IMG/VR virus record: IMGVR_UViG_3300025018_000375
Span: 1 to 32,845 of that record
Source of the DNA: a virus
Taxonomy: Duplodnaviria; Caudoviricetes
Length of the DNA: 32,845 nucleotides
Reading direction: 5' to 3' (one strand)
Shown: one piece after another, positions 9,150 through 16,781 of the stretch
How positions within the stretch are numbered: position 1 is the first letter of the stretch
Layout of the letters: each line of letters starts with the position of its first letter
Notes under the pieces: generated by a model
Database searches by the model: none
Told to the model about the DNA's origin: nothing
The model's input: the letters and a program-made list of their open reading frames with translations, nothing else
Translations under genes and position numbers: made by a program

Positions 9150-9625
9150 GCGCATGCCTTACCCTCCATCTCTTTCAAGAACAGCCGGCGTTTGTGCTTC
9201 TCGTTCTTGAGGCGCCGGGTTTCTTCCTCTAACCGCTCAATCTCGGCGCGCAGGGCGTCGGGCCCGGGCAGGCAAAACAGCCCCGCCGCTTCGGCCAGCA
9301 GGTGCAAGGGCTCGCGCCATTGGAGCACCCGGCACAGGGCCGCCAGCACATCGGGCGGGCAGTGGTGGGGCGCCTCTTGGCTGGTGTACTTATCCAGCAT
9401 GTGTTTACTCACCTCGCGGCCTAACAGGTGGCTCACCTGCCCGGCCAACTGCCAGCGGCTATGCGGGCTTTGCCGCAAGCCCTCGGCCAGGCTGCGCCCC
9501 ACCGCGGCTTCTAGAGTGCCCAGCTCGGCCGGCTGGGGGCTGCGCTGGCGCAGCGCCTCGGCTGCGCGTACGGCATCCCACAAGCCTAGTTGGCGGCTGT
9601 CCGCAGGCGGCTTTGGCTTTGACAT
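9146..9625 (-). CDS. Phage regulatory protein (CII-like)
   Basis: SRWQLAGQVSHLLGREVSKHMLDKYTS; directly downstream of ner. Confidence 0.6.
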   Translation of the reverse strand: MSKPKPPADSRQLGLWDAVRAAEALRQRSPQPAELGTLEAAVGRSLAEGLRQSPHSRWQLAGQVSHLLGREVSKHMLDKYTSQEAPHHCPPDVLAALCRVLQWREPLHLLAEAAGLFCLPGPDALRAEIERLEEETRRLKNEKHKRRLFLKEMEGKACA

Positions 9626-9646
9626 TGCAGCGCTTCCGGCCCCGGT

Positions 9647-9979
9647 TTATGCTGTGCGCTGCGTGCGGCGATCCGCACGGGGGCCGCGCGGTTTGGCGCG
9701 CCGGTCGGCCGCGCCCGTGCGGCGGTGCTGGTGCCAGCGCCCCAGGCGCCGCAGCGGCACCAGGTAGCGGCTGGGCCACAGCGTAGCGGCCGGCACGCCA
9801 ATAATCTCGGCCACCCGCTCTTCTACCGGGCCAAACGGGCGGCGCAATACCGAGTCACAGCTCTTCATGGCATAGCCCATCTCGCGGGCAATGCGCCGAA
9901 AGCTGTACCCGCGCTTTTCGAGTGCGGCCTTGATGTCGGCCGGGTGCCAGTCGGCGGGGGGCTTACGCTGGGTTTTCAT
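9647..9979 (-). CDS. ner: Ner/SfsB-family DNA-binding protein
   Basis: DWHPADIKAALEKRG...IIGVPAATLWPSRY signature. Confidence 0.9.
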   Translation of the reverse strand: MKTQRKPPADWHPADIKAALEKRGYSFRRIAREMGYAMKSCDSVLRRPFGPVEERVAEIIGVPAATLWPSRYLVPLRRLGRWHQHRRTGAADRRAKPRGPRADRRTQRTA

Positions 9980-9990
9980 GGGAGAACCTC

Positions 9991-10464
9991 ATGGCGTGGA
10001 TGGAACTTCTGGTCGGTATGGCCGTCGGCGCTGCGGGGGGCTGGTTTGGAGCCTCCCGGGGGCACCGCGACCTGCTCTTCGCCGAAAAACTCTCGGCGGC
10101 GCGGGCACTGCAGCGCGCGGGCAGCGAGCTCTTCGTTGCCGCATTTTTGGCCAAAGTGCTCGAAACGCAGGCAGAAGAAGACGGCACGCGCAAGGCTGCG
10201 GAAACCTTTCGACGGGCCGCACTAGCGCACTCGCTGGTGATGCCAGCGCCCGTGGCTGCCGCCTGCGACGCCCTGCACGACGCGGCGATGGGGGTGCTGC
10301 TTGGCGAACCGGTCACTCGCGACGCCCTGAAGGCGGCGCACGAGGCGCTGCTCTCGGCATTGCGCCACGAACTGAATCTGAAAAACCTGGGGAGGCTCAT
10401 GCGTCTGACCACGTTCAGTGCACCCACCGCCAAAGGTGCTCAAGAAGCTCCTTCGCGGCCATGA
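9991..10464 (+). CDS. Counter-oriented single-pass membrane protein
   Basis: GGAGA RBS; N-terminal TM; LFAEKLSAA helical body. Confidence 0.6.
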   Translation: MAWMELLVGMAVGAAGGWFGASRGHRDLLFAEKLSAARALQRAGSELFVAAFLAKVLETQAEEDGTRKAAETFRRAALAHSLVMPAPVAAACDALHDAAMGVLLGEPVTRDALKAAHEALLSALRHELNLKNLGRLMRLTTFSAPTAKGAQEAPSRP

Positions 10465-10597
10465 TGGTGGCGAAGGCCACGAACACGAGCCAAAGGCGCC
10501 AGAACAACTCTTCCAGGGCTTCCATGAGCCAATACTGGTCGCGTATGTCGCTCCTCGACCACTGGATACGGCGGAACAGGTCGGTTAATGACTGCAT
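10415..10597 (-). CDS. Small hydrophobic protein
   Basis: AGAGGA RBS; hydrophobic segment LFWRLWLVFVAFATI. Confidence 0.4.
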   Translation of the reverse strand: MQSLTDLFRRIQWSRSDIRDQYWLMEALEELFWRLWLVFVAFATIMAAKELLEHLWRWVH

Positions 10598-10633
10598 CGT
10601 CGGTGCTTCCTCTCGCGGGTCGGTTGCGGCGGA

Positions 10634-11155
10634 TTAGTTGCCCAGCAACCCCACCTGGCGCATGCGCCGGCGGCAGGCGGTAATGGATTGCGGCGAGCGG
10701 TGCCCGGTCAGCCAGGTGAGCGCCTCGCGGGGTAGCTCGGGGTATTCCACAATCGGCTGCCAGCGGGGGCGAAGCTGGTAGAGCGCCTGCGCCTCGCGCT
10801 TTTCCTGCGCGGCCAGCGCGGCTTCCAGGGTGCGAAAGGCAGCCAGAAACTTCCACTTCCAGGCCAGCGCCTCGGGGCCGGTGAAGCTCATCACGGCCAC
10901 GGCAAAGCCGTCGTGGGTCAGGTCGTACAGCGGCTGGGTTTTGCCGCGCTCGTCCACGTAATCTCGCTCCTCAAAATTGAGGCGCCAAACCGCCTCGGGC
11001 GAGGCATCGATGATGTCGCGGATGACTCGCAGCACGTTGTCGTGCCGCTTGCCGAAGTGCTCGGCCACCTTGCGCGAGGTGGTGAACACCCGGGCCCCCT
11101 GGCGGGTGACCAGCAGGGTTTCGGGGAACAAATTGGTTTGGGTGGGTCGGGACAT
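10634..11155 (-). CDS. rha: Rha-family phage regulatory protein
   Basis: TTSRKVAEHFGKRHDNVLRVI, YDLTHDGF, MSFTG motifs; AAGGAG before ATG 11155. Confidence 0.9.
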   Translation of the reverse strand: MSRPTQTNLFPETLLVTRQGARVFTTSRKVAEHFGKRHDNVLRVIRDIIDASPEAVWRLNFEERDYVDERGKTQPLYDLTHDGFAVAVMSFTGPEALAWKWKFLAAFRTLEAALAAQEKREAQALYQLRPRWQPIVEYPELPREALTWLTGHRSPQSITACRRRMRQVGLLGN

Positions 11156-11206
11156 GGGCGGCTCCTTTCGGCGTGTCAATGTTCGGTGGACCGGACTGAC
11201 AAGGGG

Positions 11207-11235
11207 AAGATACTCGTATCGAGAATTGACGGCAA
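11207..11235 (-). promoter_or_regulatory. Putative sigma70 early promoter
   Basis: Minus strand TTGCCG (11235-11230), 17-nt spacer, TATCTT (11212-11207); abuts repressor start. Confidence 0.55.
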
Positions 11236-11670
11236 GTGGAAAATTCGCGTTTCGAGAAAATCGAGCAGGTGATTGAACGCCTGAAGGCCATGCGGGGCCT
11301 GTCAACCGCCAAAGATGTGGCCGCGTTGCTTGGGCTATCCCCGGGGGACTTCAGCAACAGAAAGGGCCGCGGCACTCTTCTGGCGGAGATACTTCACTGG
11401 GCAATAGATCAAGGGGCCGATCTAAACGAAATCGTGTACGGGATGCCAATAGAGAGGTCTGCCCCCGCCCCCGCCCTCACCCCCGACGAAACCCGCCTGT
11501 TGCGGGCCTACCGGGCGGCGGGGCGCTGGCAAGAAGACCTGGTGGCCTTGGCCGAGCTAAAGGCCGCCGAAGAAGCCGTGCGGGCGCGCATGGCAGCCAA
11601 GGGGCGTGACTCGCCGGACCGGGCGGGGGCGGGGGCAGTTGCCCGGCGTCGGGTGGGGGGCGGCGGGTGA
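11236..11670 (+). CDS. Phage CI-type repressor (HTH, no peptidase domain)
   Basis: VIERLKAMRGLSTAKDVAALLGLSPGDFSNRKGRG; LTPDETRLLRAYR; divergent from early operon. Confidence 0.8.
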   Translation: MENSRFEKIEQVIERLKAMRGLSTAKDVAALLGLSPGDFSNRKGRGTLLAEILHWAIDQGADLNEIVYGMPIERSAPAPALTPDETRLLRAYRAAGRWQEDLVALAELKAAEEAVRARMAAKGRDSPDRAGAGAVARRRVGGGG

Positions 11671-11677
11671 GGCGGCG

Positions 11678-11704
11678 GCTGGATGCTGGATGCTGGATGC
11701 TGGA
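11678..11704 (+). repeat. Heptamer tandem repeat (GCTGGAT) x3.9
   Basis: Read directly. Confidence 0.9.
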
Positions 11705-11730
11705 CACGGGCACGCAGAGGGAGTAGAGCT

Positions 11731-11898
11731 ATGGCGAAGAAGCCAGTACCACCGTCTACCGAGCGCCCGGGTAAACCCCTGGGCCGGGCGGCCAACCGTA
11801 CCGTTGCCGGCAAAGGCGAGCTTGAGCCCGGGCAGTTTGTGATGGACACCATTCGCCCCCCGCGGCCCGACCCCGACCCCCCCAAGGACAAGCCATGA
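11731..11898 (+). CDS. Small Pro-rich protein
   Basis: GAGGGAG RBS; ATGA overlap with next gene. Confidence 0.5.
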   Translation: MAKKPVPPSTERPGKPLGRAANRTVAGKGELEPGQFVMDTIRPPRPDPDPPKDKP

Positions 11899-12428
11899 CC
11901 GACGCAAACCTCACGCAAGGCTGGCACGACCTGTTGTTTGGCGTGCGGCGTTCGGTGCGCTACCACACCCGGCGGCGGCGGTTTTTCGACCGGTTTCACA
12001 CCCTGGCCAGCGCCTTGGCGGTGTTGTTTGGTTCGGCCACCGTGTACGCCCTGTTTCGCCAGTGGGATCCCCGCGTGGCCGCCGCGTGCGCGGTGGGGGT
12101 AACGGCAACCTCTACCTTCGACCTGGTGGTGGGCTCGGCCACGGTGGCGCGGCTGCATGCCGACCTGGTGCGCCGCTTTCTAGAGCTCGAAAAGAGCCTG
12201 GTAATGCACACCCAGAGCCCCGAGCGGTTGCGCGAGCTGACCGCAGAGCGGCTGACCATTGAAGCCGACGAACCCCCGGTGCTGCACAACCTCAACATCA
12301 TCTGCCACAACGAGCTGGTACGCGCAGCCGCCCACGGCGACCAACACCTAGTGCCGCTGGGTTACCCCGCGCGGCTGTTGGCCCATGTGTTCGACCTGGG
12401 CAGCCACACCATTCGCCCCACCAGGTAA
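11895..12428 (+). CDS. SLATT-like two-TM protein
   Basis: LLFGVRRSVRYHTRRRRFF, two TM helices, ARLHADLVRRFLELE. Confidence 0.65.
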   Translation: MTDANLTQGWHDLLFGVRRSVRYHTRRRRFFDRFHTLASALAVLFGSATVYALFRQWDPRVAAACAVGVTATSTFDLVVGSATVARLHADLVRRFLELEKSLVMHTQSPERLRELTAERLTIEADEPPVLHNLNIICHNELVRAAAHGDQHLVPLGYPARLLAHVFDLGSHTIRPTR

Positions 12429-12431
12429 GCG

Positions 12432-12452
12432 GTAGGGTGGGCATCGCCCACC
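12432..12452 (+). repeat. GTAG-family REP-like element
   Basis: GTAG followed by GGTGGGC-ATC-GCCCACC. Confidence 0.6.
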
Positions 12453-12560
12453 GGCGGTTCTAATCGCCCCACTAACCAACCCCGTAGCCCCGCACCTGGT
12501 TCGACCGCACACGTTTCAAAGAACCCCCCCACGTCAAATTTACTTTGACCCTGTCAAAGC

Positions 12561-12748
12561 AATTGGAAACGCGTTTCCAATTTTGGCGGGCCGCGGTTTT
12601 TTGCTGTGGGCGCGCCGAGTGGCGCAGCGCGATAGAAAAACCCCTTGCACGACAAGGGGTTTTTTATTTTGCAACGGCGCGCTTGCCGGCGCCGGCGGGC
12701 GCGGCAACCAACCCCAAAATTGGAAACGCGTTTCCAATTTTGGCGGGC
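12561..12748. repeat. Two copies of palindrome AATTGGAAACGCGTTTCCAATT (31-bp direct repeat)
   Basis: 12561-12591 and 12718-12748; second extends to a 30-bp perfect palindrome at 12714-12743. Confidence 0.95.
12636..12670. terminator. Bidirectional intrinsic terminator
   Basis: AAAAACCCCTTG-CACGA-CAAGGGGTTTTT then TATTTT. Confidence 0.75.
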
Positions 12749-12872
12749 GGCCCCCCCGGTGACCGCGGCCCACCCTACCCCCAAACGCACCCACGCCAAC
12801 GGCCCGGAACCCCTCGCGGATTTCGGGCCGTTTGGCGCTCTGCGGCCGGGTTTGACCCCCTCCGTGGGCTGC

Positions 12873-12919
12873 GGTGAAGCCCGTCACCGGGCACCCGGGG
12901 GGCGCGGGGCGGGTAGGCT
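12873..12919 (+). promoter_or_regulatory. Putative Mor/C-activated late promoter (lysis/head operon)
   Basis: GGTGA-N6-TCACC-N25-TAGGCT, same architecture as 21834-21880. Confidence 0.7.
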
Positions 12920-13089
12920 TGCGCGAACGGGGCGCGCGGGAAACGGCGAGTGGTGAGGGGCGAGTGATGCGTGATGAGGCAATACCAGAGCTTGCGCCGG
13001 GGGGCGCCTGCCACCACCGCCTGCAGTGGCGCAGCGGCGGGCTGGTGTGCCGGTATTGCGGGCAGGTTTGGCAGGCAGGGGAGGTAAGC

Positions 13090-13455
13090 GTGGGCGATTT
13101 GTCGCGGCATTTCAGTAAGAGCGAGTTTGCCTGCCAGTGCGGCTGCGGCGCTACCGACCCGGCGCCTGCGCTGGTGACGGCGCTGGAAACCTTGCGCGAG
13201 GCCTACGGGCAGCCCTTGGTGATTACCAGCGGGCTGCGCTGTTTTGACCACAACCTGAAGGTGGGCGGGGTGCCCCACTCGGCGCATGTTACCGGCGAGG
13301 CGGCCGACGTGGCGGTGGGCAACGGCTACGACCGCTGGCGGCTCGTTGAACTGGCCTTTGCCGCCGGGTTTCGGCGCCTGGGCATTGCCCGCACCTTCGT
13401 TCATCTCGAAATGGCCCCGCCGAACATTCGCAGCGCGCTGTGGACCTACCAGTGA
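13090..13455 (+). CDS. Endolysin, peptidase M15A family
   Basis: HFSKSEFACQCGCG, ITSGLRC, HNLKVGG, SAHVTGEAAD, FVHLE; GGAGG before GTG 13090. Confidence 0.9.
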   Translation: MGDLSRHFSKSEFACQCGCGATDPAPALVTALETLREAYGQPLVITSGLRCFDHNLKVGGVPHSAHVTGEAADVAVGNGYDRWRLVELAFAAGFRRLGIARTFVHLEMAPPNIRSALWTYQ

Positions 13456-13475
13456 AGGGCAAAAAGGAGGTAGCG

Positions 13476-13715
13476 ATGTGGCAATGGTGGCAACCCCCCG
13501 GGCTTCGCGTGTGGCTACGCGACCGTTCCGGTAACGAGCTGTGCCCGATAGATGATCTTACGTGGTCGGAGAAACTGCGGATGTTTGCCTGGAACCAGTG
13601 TTTACCTACCTGGGTTCGGCTGCGTTGGCTGCGAACGGGGAAAAGCTGCTGGTTTCTCTGCTCGGCAGACCAGCGGTTGTACGGTGGCTGCGGCCATGCG
13701 CGTCGCGCACGGTAA
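13476..13715 (+). CDS. Hypothetical Trp-rich protein
   Basis: Strong AAGGAGG RBS; 3' overlap with opposite-strand gene. Confidence 0.45.
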   Translation: MWQWWQPPGLRVWLRDRSGNELCPIDDLTWSEKLRMFAWNQCLPTWVRLRWLRTGKSCWFLCSADQRLYGGCGHARRAR

Positions 13716-14223
13716 TGGTTACCAACAGGCCGGTTGCCGGGGCTGCGCTGGTGTTGAGCAGTTCGAAGCACAAATACCCGTCCACATGGCGGCCGGCGGG
13801 CAGGTCGGCGGGCAAAAGATCGGCCCACCACCGGGTGGGTTCTGGCCAGGGGTCGTAGTGTTCAATCACTCTTTCACTGCCGAATACCTGCGACACATCG
13901 ACCCGCCGCGGGGCCCGGCTGGTCAGCCGCTCGCCGCGGGCCAGGGGACGCAAGCGCCCGGCCAAGGCATGGGCGGTTACGCCGACCGCGGTATTGTCGC
14001 GCTCCGAGATGTTCGTGACCCCTATGTGAACCTGGGCCAACACGCCGGGGCGGGGCGGGGCAGGAACAATGCGGTTGGGTGCGGGGAGAAAACATACTTC
14101 GTACAACGCACACCCCGCCCCCGGCACGACGCGAAGCCGCGGGCGCTTAAGCCACAGCAACCAGGCAAGGTTCACGATGCCCAGCAGCAAACCACCGATG
14201 CCCGCGAAATCCGAGAGACGCAT
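13606..14223 (-). CDS. Counter-oriented membrane-anchored protein
   Basis: N-terminal TM plus KRPRLRV; beta-rich body. Confidence 0.6.
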   Translation of the reverse strand: MRLSDFAGIGGLLLGIVNLAWLLWLKRPRLRVVPGAGCALYEVCFLPAPNRIVPAPPRPGVLAQVHIGVTNISERDNTAVGVTAHALAGRLRPLARGERLTSRAPRRVDVSQVFGSERVIEHYDPWPEPTRWWADLLPADLPAGRHVDGYLCFELLNTSAAPATGLLVTITVRDAHGRSHRTTAGLPSRETSSFSPFAANAAEPR

Positions 14224-14287
14224 GGCTCACGTTTTTAGCATACCCGTGCCACGCTGGGTAGGTGAAAAGCGGCGCCGCGCAGACCAA

Positions 14288-14755
14288 ATGCTGGGCGGGT
14301 TGTTGGCCTTGCTGTTGCTGGCCGGGCTGGCCCGGGCCGATACCCGAACCCTCGCCTGGGACCCCAACCCACCCGAAGAAAACGTGACCGAGTACCGGGT
14401 GTGGGAGTGGGTAGACGTGGCGCCGGTGCTGGTGGGGGCTACGGGCGCTACCGAACTGACCTTTGAGGTGGGCGCCGGCACCCATACCTGGACGGTGACC
14501 GCACTGAATGCCTACGGGCTTTCGAGTGACCACAGCGTGAGCGTGAGCGATACGGTGGGCGGGTGGGGGCCCGGCGCCACCCAGAACGCGGCGCGCCAGG
14601 TGCTGCCGGTGGGCCGCCGCAGTGAGGCGGCCGGGGTGGGGCGGCGGGCGCCGGTATTTGACGTAGAGCCCCGCGGCGGGCGCTTTGGGGTGGGCCAGCG
14701 GGGCGAGAGCTTCCCCGTAGAAAGCGCTAAAACATGGCAAAACTGCGGCCCCTGA
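14288..14755 (+). CDS. Fibronectin type III domain protein with signal-peptide-like N-terminus
   Basis: LLALLLLAGLARA; LAWDPNPPEENVTEYRV...WTVTALNAYGLSS FN3 pattern; start uncertain. Confidence 0.65.
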   Translation: MLGGLLALLLLAGLARADTRTLAWDPNPPEENVTEYRVWEWVDVAPVLVGATGATELTFEVGAGTHTWTVTALNAYGLSSDHSVSVSDTVGGWGPGATQNAARQVLPVGRRSEAAGVGRRAPVFDVEPRGGRFGVGQRGESFPVESAKTWQNCGP

Positions 14756-15048
14756 GCGAACCCAAGCAGCCCTACGAAGCCTTTGTGGTGGCGGTGCCCA
14801 TTGCGCTGGATGCGGACGAAACCCTCACGAGCTACAGCGTAACGGCGTGGGATATGACCGCGGACGAAGACGCCAGCGCGGTGGTGGTGAACCAGCCCTT
14901 CGTGAGCGCGGCCCTGGGGGTGGTGCAGATTCCCGTACAGGGCGGGGTAGACGGGCACCGCTACCGCGTCACCATCCGCGGCGAAACCTCTGCCACGCCA
15001 CCGCGGCGGGTCGAAACCGACCTGCTCTTGGTGGTGAAGGAAACCTGA
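14734..15048 (+). CDS. Putative phage fibre-adaptor-like virion protein
   Basis: KQPYE...VQGGVDGHRYRVT...VETDLLLVVKE pattern. Confidence 0.55.
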   Translation: MAKLRPLSEPKQPYEAFVVAVPIALDADETLTSYSVTAWDMTADEDASAVVVNQPFVSAALGVVQIPVQGGVDGHRYRVTIRGETSATPPRRVETDLLLVVKET

Positions 15049-15049
15049 C

Positions 15050-15484
15050 ATGGATTGGCTCAACCCGCTTGGCCTCATTGCCGGCAAGCTGATCGACAAG
15101 CTTTTTCCCGACCCGGTAGAGAAGGCCAAGGCGCAAGCCCAGTTGGCGCAGTTGGCGCAGGCCGGCGAGCTGGCCGAGCTGGAAGTGCGCATGAGCGCCA
15201 TTTTGGCCGAGGCCAAGAGCGCCGACCCGTGGACCAGCCGCGCCCGGCCCGGGTTTCTCTACGTGATGTACGTGATGATCCTCGCCGCGATTCCGCTGGG
15301 GGTGCTGGGCGCGCTGCGGCCCGCCGCGGCCACGGCCATTGCCGCCGGCATGCAGGCCTGGCTCAGTGCCATTCCGGCGGAGATGTGGTGGGTGTTTGGG
15401 GTGGGGTACACCGGCTACAGCGCCGCGCGGAGCTTCGACAAGGGGCGGCTGGGCAAGACCAAAGGGGGGCTGTTTGGTGGCTGA
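15050..15484 (+). CDS. 3TM holin (GTA-holin family)
   Basis: LIDKLFPDP, AEAKSADPWTSRARP, GYTGYSAARSFDK. Confidence 0.85.
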   Translation: MDWLNPLGLIAGKLIDKLFPDPVEKAKAQAQLAQLAQAGELAELEVRMSAILAEAKSADPWTSRARPGFLYVMYVMILAAIPLGVLGALRPAAATAIAAGMQAWLSAIPAEMWWVFGVGYTGYSAARSFDKGRLGKTKGGLFGG

Positions 15485-15707
15485 CGACATCGACCGGGCG
15501 CAAGCGCGGGAAGCCGTGTGGCGCGAAGAGGCGCTCATTGCCCACCGCCTGGCCGAGGCCCTGGGCACCCGCCCCGCGGCGGAGCAAGACGGCCTGTGTG
15601 TGGACTGCGGCGAGGCCATTGGCGCCCTGCGCCTAGAGGTGCAGCCCTGCACCATGCGCTGCATTGGCTGCCAACGAAACCTTGAAACCGGCACGGAGGC
15701 CCGCTAA
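15477..15707 (+). CDS. TraR/DksA C4 zinc-finger protein
   Basis: ADDIDRAQ...CVDCGEAIGALRL...RCIGCQ; GTG start. Confidence 0.85.
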   Translation: MADDIDRAQAREAVWREEALIAHRLAEALGTRPAAEQDGLCVDCGEAIGALRLEVQPCTMRCIGCQRNLETGTEAR

Positions 15708-15710
15708 CGC

Positions 15711-16082
15711 ATGGAAGCCATCCCTCTTTCTTTGGCCGCGCTGGCCATGAACCTGCTCGGTCTACCCGGGCTCATCTTCATCATCTGGCATTTTGATTCG
15801 AAGCGCATGACCAAGCAGCGCGAAGACGACGAACGCCGCTTTCAACGCTACCGTGCCGAGCAAAAAGACCACCTGGCCAGGGTGTTGGATCAGTACCGCG
15901 CCGACATGCTGGAACAGCGGCGCATGTACGACAACAACATCGACCTGGTGAAGAGTTACAACCGCCTGGCCGACGACCTGACCGGGGTGATTACCCTCTC
16001 GACCCAAACCCTGCAAGCACTGGTGGGCAAGATCGACAACAACCAGTTTTGCCCCCTGGTGAGAAGAGAGAGCGGCAAGTGA
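15711..16082 (+). CDS. Hypothetical membrane protein
   Basis: GGAGG RBS; N-terminal TM, coiled coil, C-terminal FCPLVR. Confidence 0.7.
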   Translation: MEAIPLSLAALAMNLLGLPGLIFIIWHFDSKRMTKQREDDERRFQRYRAEQKDHLARVLDQYRADMLEQRRMYDNNIDLVKSYNRLADDLTGVITLSTQTLQALVGKIDNNQFCPLVRRESGK

Positions 16083-16345
16083 GCCTACAGTTGGAGCGGG
16101 CTGCCATGCGCGGCCAGCAGGCCGACCTGGAAGACCGCGAGCGGCGCTTGACCTTCAAAATCGAAGGCCTGGCGGGCGCCTTGCGGGTGGGCCTAAACGT
16201 AACGCTCTGCCCGGTGGCCGAGTGGCCGGCCGAGCATGTGCCCACCCTCTCTGGCCAGTGGGCCGAGCTGGAAGCGGCCTACGGCGAGCTGGTGGGGGTA
16301 GAGAGCCGCCTGGCGCGCCTGAAGCGGGATTTGGGCCATGGGTAG
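16079..16345 (+). CDS. Hypothetical coiled-coil protein
   Basis: GTGA overlap upstream; overlaps small terminase start. Confidence 0.65.
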   Translation: MSLQLERAAMRGQQADLEDRERRLTFKIEGLAGALRVGLNVTLCPVAEWPAEHVPTLSGQWAELEAAYGELVGVESRLARLKRDLGHG

Positions 16346-16781
16346 GAAGGGTGACCGCCCCGCCAAAGAGCCCCTGGCCCGCGACCTCTACGCCCAGGGT
16401 AAAACCTTGGACGAGATTGCCGGTCTGCTTGACATCAGCCGCCAGGCGCTGAGTAGCTGGAAGGCCGAGAGCCAGCGCCCGGGCGAAGAGTGGGACGACT
16501 GGGAGCTCAGCCGCCGCCAGCGCCGCGGGGTGGTGGAACGGCTGCGCAGTATGCTGGATGAGCAGTTGGAGTACTTGCAGGGGCTCCGCCCCGACGAACG
16601 GTCGAGCCCCTTGTGGGACAGCGTGGCCAAGCTGATGAGCGTGTTGGAGAAGTTTGACCGGGTAGAAAAAGCCCAGCGGGCGGCGGAGGCGGTAACCGCC
16701 GAGGTACGGCGCGCGGCGCCGGGCCTCTCGGAAGAGGCGGTGGAACTGATTCGCCGGAAGATTTTGGGGGTGGCGGAGTGA
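16338..16781 (+). CDS. Terminase small subunit (DUF1804-like HTH)
   Basis: ARDLYAQGKTLDEIAGLLDISRQALSSWK; GLSEEAVELIRRKILGV; upstream of large terminase. Confidence 0.75.
   Translation: MGRKGDRPAKEPLARDLYAQGKTLDEIAGLLDISRQALSSWKAESQRPGEEWDDWELSRRQRRGVVERLRSMLDEQLEYLQGLRPDERSSPLWDSVAKLMSVLEKFDRVEKAQRAAEAVTAEVRRAAPGLSEEAVELIRRKILGVAE

Noticed and set aside
8589-9155. 188-aa minus-strand ORF that would continue the early operon
   Set aside because: Fully overlaps 8613-9149(+), which has an RBS and a coherent TM plus zinc-ribbon layout; not fully excluded
12561-12748. CRISPR array or protelomerase telomere site
   Set aside because: Only two repeats with a 126-bp gap; no cas or protelomerase gene; the phage is transposable
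16632-16638. CTGATGA hammerhead core word
   Set aside because: Inside the small terminase CDS with no matching GAAA and stems
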